Below the pieces are notes generated by a model. That model had not been told where the DNA came from. It searched no databases and saw nothing but the letters and a program-made list of their open reading frames with translations. A DNA stretch of 64,000 bases from Deltaproteobacteria bacterium. GTDB lineage: Bacteria; Myxococcota; Kuafuiibacteriia; Kuafuiibacteriales; Kuafuiibacteriaceae. Below, one piece after another: positions 53,466-64,000 of the stretch. How positions within the stretch are numbered: the first letter of the stretch is position 1; each line of letters begins with the position of its first letter. The stretch covers positions 64,001 to 128,000 of the forward strand of contig JAVJQW010000047.1 in the NCBI GenBank assembly GCA_040218735.1, written 5' to 3'. Position numbers and translations under genes: made by a program.

Positions 53466-55508
53466 TCATTCCTCGACGACACAAAGATAGAACTTGTTGT
53501 TCGAGTGATCCAGAATTTGCAGCTTGTCGCGTTTATCCGGGGACAGGACGCTCTTGAGCGTGTGGAACCGCGACTGCTCCGTGATGATGAACTCCCGGCC
53601 GGGCTTGTCCACCAGGGCCCGGATGCGCTCGTTCGCGCCCGCCTCCTTCACCTGTAGCACCCGATTTCGGCTGTAGAACGTCTCTCCGCGCCAGTTGAGC
53701 TGGTACGCGTAGATCGGCTCGTCGCCCTGCCTCTCATCGAAGTACGTCTCGAACAGGTAAGCCTGCCCCCAGTGCGGCGACAGGTAGTTGAAGTGGTGGT
53801 GGGACACCCAGGCGCCGAACACGGCCGCCAAGGCCGCGAACGCCAGCATCGTCTGGCCCCGGCGCCGCAGCAGGAAGGTCAGGCCCATGGCCACGCTCGC
53901 GACGGTCACCAGCGTGGACAGGAACGGCCGCGCGTTCACCGTCCGCGGGTAGGCCCGGGTGTAGTCGTACGTGAAGAGGTTCACGAGGTGCTGCGGGGTG
54001 TTGATCAGGTCCCGCGCCACCACCGCGAAGATCGCCGCGACGATGACGATCCCGTAGCCCGCGAAGCGCTCGTCCGGGTCCTCGGCGGCCCAGACGAACC
54101 AGTAACCCACCATGATCGCGAGCGGCGGGAGCGCCGGCAGGATGTAGTGGTGGAACTTCGTCTGCGACATCGTCATCAGCACGAAGGTCAGCAGCGCCCA
54201 CAGCAGCACGAACAGCCGCGTGCGCTTGGCGGAGAGGGTCTCGTCGGTGTCGGCGCCGCGCGCAGCGAGGCCCAGCGAAGCCGGGATCACCGCGACCCAC
54301 GGGAACATCCCGTACGCGATCTGCTCGATGTAGTAGCCGATCCCGCCGCGATCGCCGTGCACGCCGACGCCGATGCGCCCGAAGACGTCGTGCAGCCAGA
54401 AGCGCTGGACGAACGTCTTCCCCTCGGAGTCCCGCCCGCCGAAGAACGACATCGTCAGGTACCAGGGCGACGCGATCAGCAGGTAGAGGAACGCGCCCGC
54501 GTAGACCTTGCTCCTCAGCAGCACACGCCAGTCGCCCGAGAACACCATGTACAGGACGACCGTCGCCCCCACGATGCCGAGCGGCAGCGGCCCCTTCGCG
54601 AGGCTCGCCAACCCCACCAGCACGTAGAAGCCAGCGAGGTAGGTGTCGCGCTTCGAGCCGAGGACCGCGATGTAGAAGACAAACGCCAGCCCTAGGATGC
54701 CCGCGACCACCAGCCCGACGATGTACATCCCGGCGGACTGCTCGCGCCCAATCGCGATGAGCTGCGGCACGAGCGCGAGGATGATCCCGCCCGCCGCGAG
54801 GCCCCGCTCACGCATCGTCGCGGGGCGGTCCTCGTCGGGGTCGAACACCGCAAGGCAGAACAGCGCCATCCCGGCGGTCATCGGGCCGACGAAGGCCATG
54901 TCGACCATCGCCTGCTTGCCGATGAAGATGAACTGCGCCGACGAGCCGAGCACCAGCGCGCCCATCACGCCGGAGACCTTGTCGCGCATCTGGCGGCCGA
55001 CCACGTAGACGCCCCACATCCCCGCGATCGCGCACAGCGCGAAGGGCGTGCGCACGCCCCACTCCACGAGGCTACCGAGCGGCGCGCCGACCGGGCCGGA
55101 GTCGGCGCCGACCACCCACATGCCGAACGCCATCATCCACATCGGGAGCGCGGGCTTGGAGAAGAAGTACGCGCTCTCCCAGTGCGGGTAGACGAAGTCG
55201 TCGCGGACGAGCATCTCGCGGGCGACCTCGGCGTAGTGCGTCTCCCACGGGTCCCAGAGGCTGACGGAGCCCAGGAACGGGATGAACACGAGGAACCCGA
55301 GGGTCAGCGCGGCGAGGAGGCCGTGCCGCTCGGTGGGGAGCTTGGCGCGCAGGAACACGAGCCAGTCCGCGGGGTTCGGGGACGCGGGGTTCGGCGCCGC
55401 GGGGGCCTTCGCCTCCGGAGCCTTTTCCTCCGCGGCCTCGGGCTTCGATTCCGTCTCGTCGGCCGCATCGGCGGCGGTTGCCTTGTTCGACTTCTTCGCC
55501 TTCGCCAC
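53466..55508 (-). CDS. ArnT-like membrane glycosyltransferase (PMT_2 / GT39-83)
   Basis: LWDPWETHYAEVAREM, FFSKP, R.PFA, LAKG, PWY, TKFHHYILP; about 13 TM segments. Confidence 0.88.
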   Translation of the reverse strand: MAKAKKSNKATAADAADETESKPEAAEEKAPEAKAPAAPNPASPNPADWLVFLRAKLPTERHGLLAALTLGFLVFIPFLGSVSLWDPWETHYAEVAREMLVRDDFVYPHWESAYFFSKPALPMWMMAFGMWVVGADSGPVGAPLGSLVEWGVRTPFALCAIAGMWGVYVVGRQMRDKVSGVMGALVLGSSAQFIFIGKQAMVDMAFVGPMTAGMALFCLAVFDPDEDRPATMRERGLAAGGIILALVPQLIAIGREQSAGMYIVGLVVAGILGLAFVFYIAVLGSKRDTYLAGFYVLVGLASLAKGPLPLGIVGATVVLYMVFSGDWRVLLRSKVYAGAFLYLLIASPWYLTMSFFGGRDSEGKTFVQRFWLHDVFGRIGVGVHGDRGGIGYYIEQIAYGMFPWVAVIPASLGLAARGADTDETLSAKRTRLFVLLWALLTFVLMTMSQTKFHHYILPALPPLAIMVGYWFVWAAEDPDERFAGYGIVIVAAIFAVVARDLINTPQHLVNLFTYDYTRAYPRTVNARPFLSTLVTVASVAMGLTFLLRRRGQTMLAFAALAAVFGAWVSHHHFNYLSPHWGQAYLFETYFDERQGDEPIYAYQLNWRGETFYSRNRVLQVKEAGANERIRALVDKPGREFIITEQSRFHTLKSVLSPDKRDKLQILDHSNNKFYLCVVEE

Positions 55509-55612
55509 GGCCGCTCCGCCCTGATGCGATGTACGCGCATATCCGCGTATCGGGCCGGCGGAAGTTAGGTTTTGGCCCGAGAGGTGTCAATGTCAGTATC
55601 ATTTGGCGCTTT

Positions 55613-58600
55613 ATGAACCGCGCCGCCACTGGGGGCCTCGCCCTCGCGCTCCTCACACTCCTCGGGTGCGGCCGAGACGTGCTCGGCACCGGGGGCCAGA
55701 AGACCAACGAGCTGCGCATCCGGCCGGGGACGTTCGACCTCTACATCGGACAATCCTTCACGTTCGACGTGCTGCGCGTGAACGGCGCCGAGGAGACGAG
55801 CCTCCTCGGGGCCGAAGACCTCGCGCTGACCTCCAAGACCGAGGTCGTCACCGTCGGTAAGGATGGGAAGGGCACCGCGGTCGGCGCGGGCACGAGCTCC
55901 ATCGCGGCGAGTTACCTCGGCCTCACCGGCGTCGCCTCCGCCACGGTCCGCAACGCGACACTCGACGCGATCGCGGTGACGCCGCCGATGGCCACCGTGG
56001 AAGTCGGCGGCACGCAGGCGCTGCAGGTCGTCGGCACGCTGAGCGACGGGAGCACGATCGACCTGACCGCCGCGGCGACCGGAACGCAGTACACCTCGTC
56101 GAGCCCCGAGGTCGCGACGGTGTCGGCGGGCGGCATCGTCACCGGCGTCGCGGGCGGCGAAGCGACGATCCAGGTCACCCACGACGGCCTCACGGCGCTC
56201 GCGACGATCCAGGTGCCGGGCGAGACGCAGAAGCTCGTCGCGATCGAGATTCGTCCGGCTTCGCTGCAGATGGCGGTCGGCGAAAACGCGCAGCTCGAGG
56301 TGATCGGTACGTTCGAGAGCGGCGGGACGTTCAACCTGTTGCTCGACCCCGCGACCTACCCGCTCGCGCTGAGCGCTTCGGATCCGAACGTCGCGTCGAT
56401 CAATATCGAAGGCGTCGTGCAGGCGCGCGCGCCGGGCATCTCGATCGTGCAGGCGCAGATCGACGGGCTGGTGGCGGTCGCGGACGTCGAGGTGCGCAGC
56501 GACGCGGAGCTGATCGACCTGATCGTCCCGCGCTCCGTCGTGGTGGCCCCCGGCGAGTCGGCGCCCGTGCGGGTCATCGGCCTGTTCTCGGACGGCTCCA
56601 CCGCCGACATCACGATCGGCGCGGGGACCGGCTACCAGATCATCGACACCCGCTTCGCGACCGTGACCGCGGCGGGCGTCGTCACGGGCGTGCGCGAGGG
56701 TCGGACAACGTTGATCGTCACGAACGGTCCGCTGACGCGCGACGTGCTCGTGGAGATCGACGAGGGTCGTGTGCTCGAGCGGCTGCTCGTCACGCCGCCG
56801 GCCATCACGATGCAGGTCAACGACGTCGTCCGACTGCAGGTCACGGCGGTCTACTCGGACGGCTCGCAGACCGACGTCACCGGGTCGGCGATGTACCGGA
56901 CCTCGCCCAACGCACCGGTCGCGGTGTCGACGAACGGGTTCGTGCTCGGCCTGACGCCCGGCACCGGGAACATCGAGGTCTCCTTCGGCGGCATCGCGAC
57001 GAACGTTCGCGTGGTCGTCGGTACGGCGCAGGTCATCGCCATCGAGATCAACCCGCCGGTCATCGACGTCCCCGAGGGCGACATCTTCCCGGTCGTCGTC
57101 GTCGCGTTCTTCGCGGACGGCACGGCGATGGACGTCACCTTCGATCCCGGCACGCAGTACATCGTCGACGACCCGATGATCGCGCAGCACGACGGTGCCG
57201 CTGCGATCCTCGGGCTCAGCGCCGGCGAGACCACACTCCGCGTGACCTTCGGCGGCGTCACGGGGACCGCGCCGATCATCGTGCTGCCGTCGATGCAGCA
57301 GCTCGTCGGCATCACGCTCAACGCGCCCAACACGATCCCGCTCGGCCAGCGGCGGCCCTACACCGTGACCGCGCAGTTCTCGGACGGGAGCACGCAGAAC
57401 GTGACGTCGATGGCATCCGTGCAGTCCTCGGCGCCGTCCATCGTCCGCGCGACGACCGGTGTCCTCACCGCGCTGAACCCGGGCAGCGCGACGATCAGCG
57501 TGTTCTTCATGGGCTTCGGCGACACCCGCGTCGTGCAGGTGACGTCGGTGAACGACCCGGTGGTGTCGATCTTCTGGTCGGTGCCGTCCGTGACGGTGCC
57601 CGTGAACGGCTCCGAGTTCGTCGAGCTGCTCGGCACGACGGCGTCGGGTGCGACGGTGAACCTGTCGAACGACCCGGCGGTGGTCATTGGCATCTCCGGC
57701 GGCATCAACGTCGCGCCGGCGCCGAACGCGTTCCTGATCACCGGCGTGACGAACGGACCGGCGCAGGTCACGGCGACGTTCAACGGCCTCGTCGCGACGC
57801 TCCCTGTCACGGTGACCGGCGGGACGACGGTGATCGGTTTGCAGATCATCGCGCCCGCCACGCTGCCGGCGGGGACGACGGGGCAGCTGTTCGTGTTGGC
57901 GTTCTTCTCGGACGGCAACGTCCAGGACGTCACGAACGATCCGGGCCTCACCATCACGACGATGGGCGGCGCGGTCGCGACGATGGGCTCGCTCATCATC
58001 GCGGTGCAGCCGGGGACGGGCACGATCCAGGCGTCCTTCGGCGGGGAGACGAGCTCCGTTCAGATCATCGTCACGATGGGCAACGACCCGGTCGTCTCGC
58101 TCGAGTTCGTGCCTCCGTCGCTGTCCCTCGGCGTCGGTGAGTCGGCGACGGTGCAGCTGTTCGCGACGCTGATGTCGGGCGCGGTCGTCGACGTCACGTT
58201 CGATCCGAACGTCAACTACAACGCGATGGGCCCGATCGACGGTATCCCGCAGGGCGGTGCCCTCCTGATCACCGGCCTGAGCCCGGGCATGGCGCAGCTG
58301 ACGGCGTCGCTCGGCGGCCAGACGGCGCAGCTGCCGATCACGATCAGCAACTCGAACCCCACGGTCGTCGGCCTCATCCTGAACGCGCCGCCGAACCTCG
58401 ACATGGGGATCCCGGCGACCTACCGGGTCATCGCGCAGTTCTCGGACGGCACGTCGGCGGACGTCACGAACGATCCGGGCGTGATGGTGTTCGTGCAGAA
58501 CCCGATGATCTTCACCGCGGCGAACGGCGTGCTGACGCCGGTGTCGGTGGGGACGACGGGGCTCGGCGTCACGTTCATGGGTTTCGCGGCGATGCGGCAG

Positions 58601-60643
58601 ATCACCGTGAACCCCAACAACAACCCGGTCATCGGGCTGCAGTGGGTGCCGGGGTCGCTGAACATCCCGGTCGGCCAGACGCAGAGCGCGCAGCTGTTTG
58701 GCGTGCGGATGGCGGGGCCGCCGATCGACCTGTCGCAGAACCCGGGCACCTCGTACACGACGACCGGCCCGATCACGATCGCCCCCGCGGTCGCGTTCGG
58801 CATGGACGTCACCGGCAACGCGTCGGGCGCCGCGACGGTGGAAGCTTCGTTCGGCGGGTTCTCCGCGACGCTGCAGGTCACGGTCGGCGCGGGCCGTACG
58901 TTGGTCGGCATCCGCGTCGAGCCCGCGACGAACCTCAACCTCAACGTCGGCCAGACGCAGCAGCTCACGGTGATCGGTCTGTACAGCGACGGTACCGAGG
59001 AGACGGAGACCGGCGCGATCTTCCTGAGCTCGGATCCGGGCATCGCTTCGGTGAGCCCGACGGGTCTGGTCACAGCCGTGTCCGGCGGTCAGGCGGGTGT
59101 GCTCGTGCAGCTCGGCGCGTTCGCGGACGTGGTGACGGTGAACGTCTCCTCGCCGGCGCCGATCATCATGTCGGTCAACCCGGACACGATCGCGACGGGT
59201 TCACCGACGACGCCGATCGCCGTGCTCGGCGCGAACTTCTCGCCGAGTGACACGATTCGCTTCAATGGATCGCCGCGACCCACCACGTTCGTGAACCCCG
59301 GGCGGCTGAACGGCGCCGTGCCCGCGGGCCTTCTCGCGAACCCGGGCACCATCACCGTGGACGTCTCGGGCCCGAACGGCGTGTCGAACGCGGTGACGAT
59401 CCAGGTCGGCGACGCACCGAACATCACCAGCTTCTCACCGTCGAGTGTGATCGCGGGGAGCTCCGTCGAGGTCATCGCGGTGGGCTCGGGTCTGACCGGG
59501 CTGTCGTTCAACGCACCCGCGGGCCTCACGGTCACGCTGATCAGCAGCGCGCCCGACGGCTCGTCGGCGCGGTTCCTCGTCGCGGCCGCGTCGAACATGA
59601 TGGAGGGTGGGTACTCGATCGGCGTGTCGAACGCGTTCGGCACGGACACGATCATCATGGTGGTCCGCGCGCAGACGGGCCTGCCGAACCTCACCGTGAC
59701 GAACGGGCAGACGATCACGCTCTCCGGCACCAACGCGTTCAACACGATCACGGTGCAGACCGGCGGGCGCATCAACGGCGTCGGCAACGAGCCGCTGGCG
59801 CTCATCGCGTCGGGCGGCATCACGATCCGCGGCACGATCGACGTCTCGGGCAACGACGGCGGCCCCGGCTTCACGGACCCGGCGGCGGGCGGCTCGGCCG
59901 GCCCCGGCGGCGCGGGTGGCGGCGGCGGCGGCGACGGCAACGCACCCACCGGCGGCGTAGGCGGCGCGGGTGCGCCCACCGGCTTCAACGGCAGCGGCGG
60001 AAGCGGCGCGGGCACGCCGGCCGGTGACGGCGGTGGCGCCGGCGGCGGCGTGGGCGCCGCGGGCGGCTGCGGCGAAGGCGGCGGCGGCGGCGCGCTCGGT
60101 GGCGCGGGCGGCGACGGCGGCGGCGACATGGGCAACGGCAGCGGCGCGCCCGGCGGCATCCCCGGTCAGGGCTCGACGTTCTTCGCCGGCACCGGCGGCG
60201 GCGGCGCGACGACGTGCGGCAACAACTCCGGCGGCGGCGGCGGCGGCGGTGGCGGCTCGCTCATCCTGCAGTCGGCGTTCGGCGGGACGATCCTCGTCGA
60301 CGGCGCGATCATCGCGGACGGCGGCGACGGCGGCGACGGGTTCTCCGGCACCGGCGGCGGCGGCGGCGGGTCCGGCGGTCGCGTGGAGATCCGCGCGCCC
60401 GGCGGCAACATCATCGTCAACGACACGATCGCGGCGCGCGGCGGAAGCGGCGGCAACGCCGACTTCGGCGACACCGGCGGCGGCGGTGGCGGTGGCGTGA
60501 TCATCGTGACGGCGGTGCCCGGTGGCACGGTAAGCGCGGCGCTCGGGTTGTTGCAGACGTCGGGTGGCGCGTCCGGCATGTCGCTCGGCGGCGGGTTCTC
60601 CGGGACGGCCGGCGGCGCGGGTGTGGAGCAGGTGCTCCCCTGA
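55613..60643 (+). CDS. Giant surface lipoprotein: about 13 Big_2 Ig-like repeats, 2 IPT/TIG domains, Gly-rich C-terminal domain
   Basis: Lipobox LLGC; repeated (F/Y)SDG..DVT...SS.P.VATV..G.VT..G.A.I pattern; PIIMSVNP and PNITSFSP; GGGGGGGG-rich end. Confidence 0.88.
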   Translation: MNRAATGGLALALLTLLGCGRDVLGTGGQKTNELRIRPGTFDLYIGQSFTFDVLRVNGAEETSLLGAEDLALTSKTEVVTVGKDGKGTAVGAGTSSIAASYLGLTGVASATVRNATLDAIAVTPPMATVEVGGTQALQVVGTLSDGSTIDLTAAATGTQYTSSSPEVATVSAGGIVTGVAGGEATIQVTHDGLTALATIQVPGETQKLVAIEIRPASLQMAVGENAQLEVIGTFESGGTFNLLLDPATYPLALSASDPNVASINIEGVVQARAPGISIVQAQIDGLVAVADVEVRSDAELIDLIVPRSVVVAPGESAPVRVIGLFSDGSTADITIGAGTGYQIIDTRFATVTAAGVVTGVREGRTTLIVTNGPLTRDVLVEIDEGRVLERLLVTPPAITMQVNDVVRLQVTAVYSDGSQTDVTGSAMYRTSPNAPVAVSTNGFVLGLTPGTGNIEVSFGGIATNVRVVVGTAQVIAIEINPPVIDVPEGDIFPVVVVAFFADGTAMDVTFDPGTQYIVDDPMIAQHDGAAAILGLSAGETTLRVTFGGVTGTAPIIVLPSMQQLVGITLNAPNTIPLGQRRPYTVTAQFSDGSTQNVTSMASVQSSAPSIVRATTGVLTALNPGSATISVFFMGFGDTRVVQVTSVNDPVVSIFWSVPSVTVPVNGSEFVELLGTTASGATVNLSNDPAVVIGISGGINVAPAPNAFLITGVTNGPAQVTATFNGLVATLPVTVTGGTTVIGLQIIAPATLPAGTTGQLFVLAFFSDGNVQDVTNDPGLTITTMGGAVATMGSLIIAVQPGTGTIQASFGGETSSVQIIVTMGNDPVVSLEFVPPSLSLGVGESATVQLFATLMSGAVVDVTFDPNVNYNAMGPIDGIPQGGALLITGLSPGMAQLTASLGGQTAQLPITISNSNPTVVGLILNAPPNLDMGIPATYRVIAQFSDGTSADVTNDPGVMVFVQNPMIFTAANGVLTPVSVGTTGLGVTFMGFAAMRQITVNPNNNPVIGLQWVPGSLNIPVGQTQSAQLFGVRMAGPPIDLSQNPGTSYTTTGPITIAPAVAFGMDVTGNASGAATVEASFGGFSATLQVTVGAGRTLVGIRVEPATNLNLNVGQTQQLTVIGLYSDGTEETETGAIFLSSDPGIASVSPTGLVTAVSGGQAGVLVQLGAFADVVTVNVSSPAPIIMSVNPDTIATGSPTTPIAVLGANFSPSDTIRFNGSPRPTTFVNPGRLNGAVPAGLLANPGTITVDVSGPNGVSNAVTIQVGDAPNITSFSPSSVIAGSSVEVIAVGSGLTGLSFNAPAGLTVTLISSAPDGSSARFLVAAASNMMEGGYSIGVSNAFGTDTIIMVVRAQTGLPNLTVTNGQTITLSGTNAFNTITVQTGGRINGVGNEPLALIASGGITIRGTIDVSGNDGGPGFTDPAAGGSAGPGGAGGGGGGDGNAPTGGVGGAGAPTGFNGSGGSGAGTPAGDGGGAGGGVGAAGGCGEGGGGGALGGAGGDGGGDMGNGSGAPGGIPGQGSTFFAGTGGGGATTCGNNSGGGGGGGGGSLILQSAFGGTILVDGAIIADGGDGGDGFSGTGGGGGGSGGRVEIRAPGGNIIVNDTIAARGGSGGNADFGDTGGGGGGGVIIVTAVPGGTVSAALGLLQTSGGASGMSLGGGFSGTAGGAGVEQVLP

Positions 60644-62254
60644 TCACAGGCGCCGCATCAAGTTGAACGCGCCGAGCGGCTCGGCTGCCGCGGCGCACAA
60701 CACACCGCCCATCATCGCGCCGATCACCCCGACCGTCGCGACCTCGCTCCCGGACATGAACAGCCCGTCGATCGGCGAGCGCGGTCGAAGCCACGGGTTC
60801 TCGAAGCGCTCCGGCGTCGGCTCCAACCCGTAGATCGATCCGGCCATCGGGCGGACGAAGTGATCCGTCGACAGCGGCGTCGAGAGCTCGGCGTAGTCGA
60901 TCATCGGCTCGAGCTCGGGCATGTGTTCGAGGAGCTGTCGCTTCAACCGCTCCGCGAGGACGTCCTTGAAGGCGTCGTAGTCCTCGCCGCGTTTCTTCCA
61001 GTCGGTGTCCTTCCAGCGCTCGAAGTCCTCCCACGGGATGAAGGTGACGACCTCGCCGGTGTGGCGCAGCTCGGGGCCGGGGTCGTGCGTCGGATCCTTC
61101 AGGGACGGGAAGCTCGTGTAGAGGATCGGCGCGGGCCCGGGGTTCATCGGGTCTTCTATGCGCCACGTCTCCGCCTCGGAGCTCCATACCTCGTAGAACC
61201 ACTTGTTCGCGGCGGTGGCGCCGGCCTCCCGGATGTCGCCCTTGAAGCCGAGGTACAGGCACACGTGCGCGGGCGCGGGCGGGAGCTTCTCGATCCCGCG
61301 GCTCCACTGCGCGTCGCGGTGTTCGGGGGGGAGCAGTCGCGTGACGGTCGACTGCACGCCCGCCGCGCTCACGACGCGCTTGGCGCGCGCGGTGCGGCCG
61401 TCGGTGAGGCGAACGCCGACGGCGCGTCCGCCCTCGATCAGGATCTGCTCGACGTCGCCGTTGACGACGGTCCACCCGCCGGCGTCCGCGACGGTCTTCA
61501 GGAGGCCGCGCGCGATCTCCTGCGAACCACCGACCGGATAGTAACCGCCCCACATGAAGTGCTTCGCGACGAGCGCCTGCATCGCGAACGAAGAACGCGC
61601 CGGCGGCGAGCCGTAGTAGCCCCACTGCGACGTGAGGATGATGCGGAGACGTTCGTCGTCGGTGAGGCCGTCGACGATCTCCTTCGTCGACTGCGTGAGG
61701 TACTTCTGCGCGCGCCGCGCGATCGTGCGATCGAGGAGCGGCGCGAGGCGGTTCGGGGTCGTGCGCGCGACGTAGTAGTTCTTCATCGCCGCGGCGACGT
61801 CGCGCACGACGTCGAGGTAGCGATCGATCGACGCCTCCTGATCCGGGAACGCTTCGATCAAGTTCGCGCGGAACTGTTGCGGCGAGTCGGGGAAGTCGAT
61901 TCGAAACCCTTCGGGGTAGTGGAACTCGTCGTAGACCGGGCCGAGCGAGCGCCACTCGAGGCCGCCGGTCAGCTGGGCGAGGAGGCGCCCGGTCATCGAG
62001 TGCGGCGTGACCTCACCGACCGCGTGTACGCCGACGTCCCATCTGTACCCCTTTCGTCGGAAGGTGTGGGTGAAGCCGCCCGGGACGTAGTGCTGTTCGA
62101 GCACGAGGACGCGACGGCCGAGCTTCGCGAGGAATGCGGCCGTGGTCATGCCCCCCATTCCAGATCCGATGACGATGTCGTCGTAGGCGCCATCCGGGAG
62201 CGTCTTGCTCCAGAACTGCGGTCGTTTGCCTTGGTGTCGTCGCAGATCGCTCAT
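60644..62254 (-). CDS. Phytoene desaturase / retinol saturase-family FAD oxidoreductase
   Basis: IVIGSGMGG, LEQHYVPGGFTHTF..WDVGVH, YPVGGS, STPLS..GSIYGL; start 62254 or 62281. Confidence 0.88.
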   Translation of the reverse strand: MSDLRRHQGKRPQFWSKTLPDGAYDDIVIGSGMGGMTTAAFLAKLGRRVLVLEQHYVPGGFTHTFRRKGYRWDVGVHAVGEVTPHSMTGRLLAQLTGGLEWRSLGPVYDEFHYPEGFRIDFPDSPQQFRANLIEAFPDQEASIDRYLDVVRDVAAAMKNYYVARTTPNRLAPLLDRTIARRAQKYLTQSTKEIVDGLTDDERLRIILTSQWGYYGSPPARSSFAMQALVAKHFMWGGYYPVGGSQEIARGLLKTVADAGGWTVVNGDVEQILIEGGRAVGVRLTDGRTARAKRVVSAAGVQSTVTRLLPPEHRDAQWSRGIEKLPPAPAHVCLYLGFKGDIREAGATAANKWFYEVWSSEAETWRIEDPMNPGPAPILYTSFPSLKDPTHDPGPELRHTGEVVTFIPWEDFERWKDTDWKKRGEDYDAFKDVLAERLKRQLLEHMPELEPMIDYAELSTPLSTDHFVRPMAGSIYGLEPTPERFENPWLRPRSPIDGLFMSGSEVATVGVIGAMMGGVLCAAAAEPLGAFNLMRRL

Positions 62255-62438
62255 CGCGTGGGGTGTGCCTTTGTCCCGCATGGCGCACGTCCCGCCAAGC
62301 GGATCGCGGGTCGGAAAAATGCGCGAGGGGGGCAGATGCCGAATCGGGAGGCGTAGTAGGTTTCAGCCCGAGGCGACCAACGACGGTCGCGCTCGAACGA
62401 GGCGGCCCCGGGGGGCGCGCCGGGGAGGAACGAATCAT

Positions 62439-62792
62439 ATGAACGACGGCGGCGGAGGCATCGCGGCAGCCATTGGTGGACTCATCTACCTCGCAATCAT
62501 CATCGGGGTGATCGCGGGGATGTGGAAGATCTTCGCGAAGGCTGGGAAGCCCGGTTGGGCGGCGATCGTCCCGATCTACAACATCATCGTGATGCTGGAG
62601 ATCACCGAGAAGCCCATCTGGTGGGTCGTCCTCTTCCTGATCCCGATCGTGAGCATCGTCGCCGCGGTCCTGATCATGATCGGACTCGCCGAGAAGTTCG
62701 GTAAGGGTGCAGGCTTCGGGATCGGAATGGCGTTCCTACCCTTCATCTTCATCCCGATGCTCGGCTTCGGGTCGGCCCAGTACCAGGGCTGA
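62439..62792 (+). CDS. Small membrane protein (DUF5684/DUF805-like)
   Basis: RBS GGAGG; WKIFAKAGKPGWAAIVPIYN, FGKGAGFGIG, GFGSAQY. Confidence 0.85.
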   Translation: MNDGGGGIAAAIGGLIYLAIIIGVIAGMWKIFAKAGKPGWAAIVPIYNIIVMLEITEKPIWWVVLFLIPIVSIVAAVLIMIGLAEKFGKGAGFGIGMAFLPFIFIPMLGFGSAQYQG

Positions 62793-62800
62793 ATCGAGAC

Positions 62801-62826
62801 GCGCTCCCGCGGCCCCGCGGGAGCGC
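62801..62826. terminator. Perfect inverted repeat between convergent genes (likely bidirectional terminator)
   Basis: GCGCTCCCGCGG-CC-CCGCGGGAGCGC, 8 nt after the stop at 62792. Confidence 0.6.
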
Positions 62827-62843
62827 TGCGCTCAGAGCACCGC

Positions 62844-64000
62844 TCAGAGCGACCTCAAGAACGCGACCAAGTCGACCTTGTCCTGTCGGGCGAGGTCGCA
62901 GGTCATTTCGTGCCCCGCCGTCGATAGCGCATCCGCGGTCGTCGAAGTGCGTGGGCCATCCAAACAGAACAGCTCGTCGAGTGAGCCGAGGCTTCCGTTG
63001 TGGAGGAACCGACCGTGCGCCCAGATCCCCGCGAGCCGCGGCGACTTGATCGCGTGCGTGAGCTCGGTGCTCCCGTCACCGAGGCCGCAGCAAGGCTGAC
63101 CCGTCAGCTCCGGATCGCCCCAGTACATCATCGCGTCGTCCGTCCCGATCTCCTCGAAGGTGTACGTCGTCGTCCCGGAGCCGCGCGGTCCCGAGTGACA
63201 GTCGGCGCAGCCGTGCGTGGCGAACGCATCGCGACCGCGGCGCACCGCGGAGGCGTCCGGCGGCGTGAGCGGCTCGGGCGAGCGCAACGAGAAGATGTAA
63301 TCGCGGAGCGGTTCGAGGCGTTCGGGCGGCCAGTCTTCGGGCGGACCGCCGCCGATCTTCACGAAGCCGTCGAGGAACGACTCGAGCGACTGCGCCCCGC
63401 CGGTCCACGCGAGCATCGCGTGCGGCATCCCGTAGGCCTGTTGCTCCGCGGGCTCCGGCAGATCCCACAGCGGGAGGATCTTGCTGACGGTGTGCACGCC
63501 GTCGTCGAGCGGGAGCGGCGCGATGAGGAAGTCCATCGTCCCGGCCGGCCAGCTCGCGTACCAGCCCTCCATCTCGTAGGTGAACGTGGGTTGGTTCGCC
63601 TGGCCGAGGAGCGGGAGGAGCTCGAGCAGCAGGCGGATGCGGAGCGCGCGATCGGCTTCGAGGCGATCCACCATCGGCTGCACCTTCGCGAGCGCCGCGG
63701 GGTGGTGCTCCGCCGGGTCGAAGCTCGGGCTGACCGTCTGGGGCATCACGGCGATCGCGAGGATCTGCTTCCCATACTCGAAGCGGTGATTGGCGGCGCC
63801 GACGGCGTAGCGACCGTCGGGGAGCTGGCCGAAGTGGCACGCGGCGCACGTGTAGACGAGCGACTCGACGCTCCCGAGCGGCGGGCCGGGCGAGAGGCCG
63901 AGCGGACGCGACTCGGTGGAGTAGGGATCGGGGACCATCCCGAGGCGCTCGAACCCGGCGCCGATCTCGTTCGGGAAGTTCTGCGTCGCGAAGTCGACGA
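62844..64000 (-). CDS. Di-heme cytochrome c protein (RoxA / cytochrome c peroxidase-like), 5' end outside window
   Basis: CAACH and CADCH heme motifs, L.GIW...FLHNGS, LVAFLRSL. Confidence 0.8.
   Translation of the reverse strand, partial: VDFATQNFPNEIGAGFERLGMVPDPYSTESRPLGLSPGPPLGSVESLVYTCAACHFGQLPDGRYAVGAANHRFEYGKQILAIAVMPQTVSPSFDPAEHHPAALAKVQPMVDRLEADRALRIRLLLELLPLLGQANQPTFTYEMEGWYASWPAGTMDFLIAPLPLDDGVHTVSKILPLWDLPEPAEQQAYGMPHAMLAWTGGAQSLESFLDGFVKIGGGPPEDWPPERLEPLRDYIFSLRSPEPLTPPDASAVRRGRDAFATHGCADCHSGPRGSGTTTYTFEEIGTDDAMMYWGDPELTGQPCCGLGDGSTELTHAIKSPRLAGIWAHGRFLHNGSLGSLDELFCLDGPRTSTTADALSTAGHEMTCDLARQDKVDLVAFLRSL

Overview
High-GC, gene-dense bacterial DNA with myxobacterial (Myxococcota-like) traits: many lipoproteins, RDAG low-complexity linkers, a MYXO-CTERM-like tail, Ser/Thr kinases, an FHA-sigma54 activator and ECF/FecR modules. 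About 52 CDS were called; no rRNA, tRNA, CRISPR array or transposase was seen. The main candidate for an undescribed system is a compact RiPP cluster at 12.75-17.64 kb. It has a sigma54 promoter, an 86-aa precursor with three P-x6-I-x-T-C-A-S-S cassettes and no N-terminal leader, a hairpin, a tandem-PqqD/RRE protein, two radical SAM enzymes, a RimJ/L GNAT and a SagB/ThcOx-like flavoprotein, with no YcaO. Also notable: a PlpX/TIGR03913-like radical SAM coupled to a lipoprotein whose lipobox Cys is followed by YG; a lipoprotein that is essentially one Apk2/Tas1-like alarmone synthetase domain; an ECF-FecR operon bracketed by two dockerin-like lipoproteins; larB-larC without larE/larA in a signalling operon; a 16-bp tandem array seeded from a gene's 3' end; and a 1-bp frameshift in a methyltransferase. 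All family assignments come from motif recognition by eye, not database searches.
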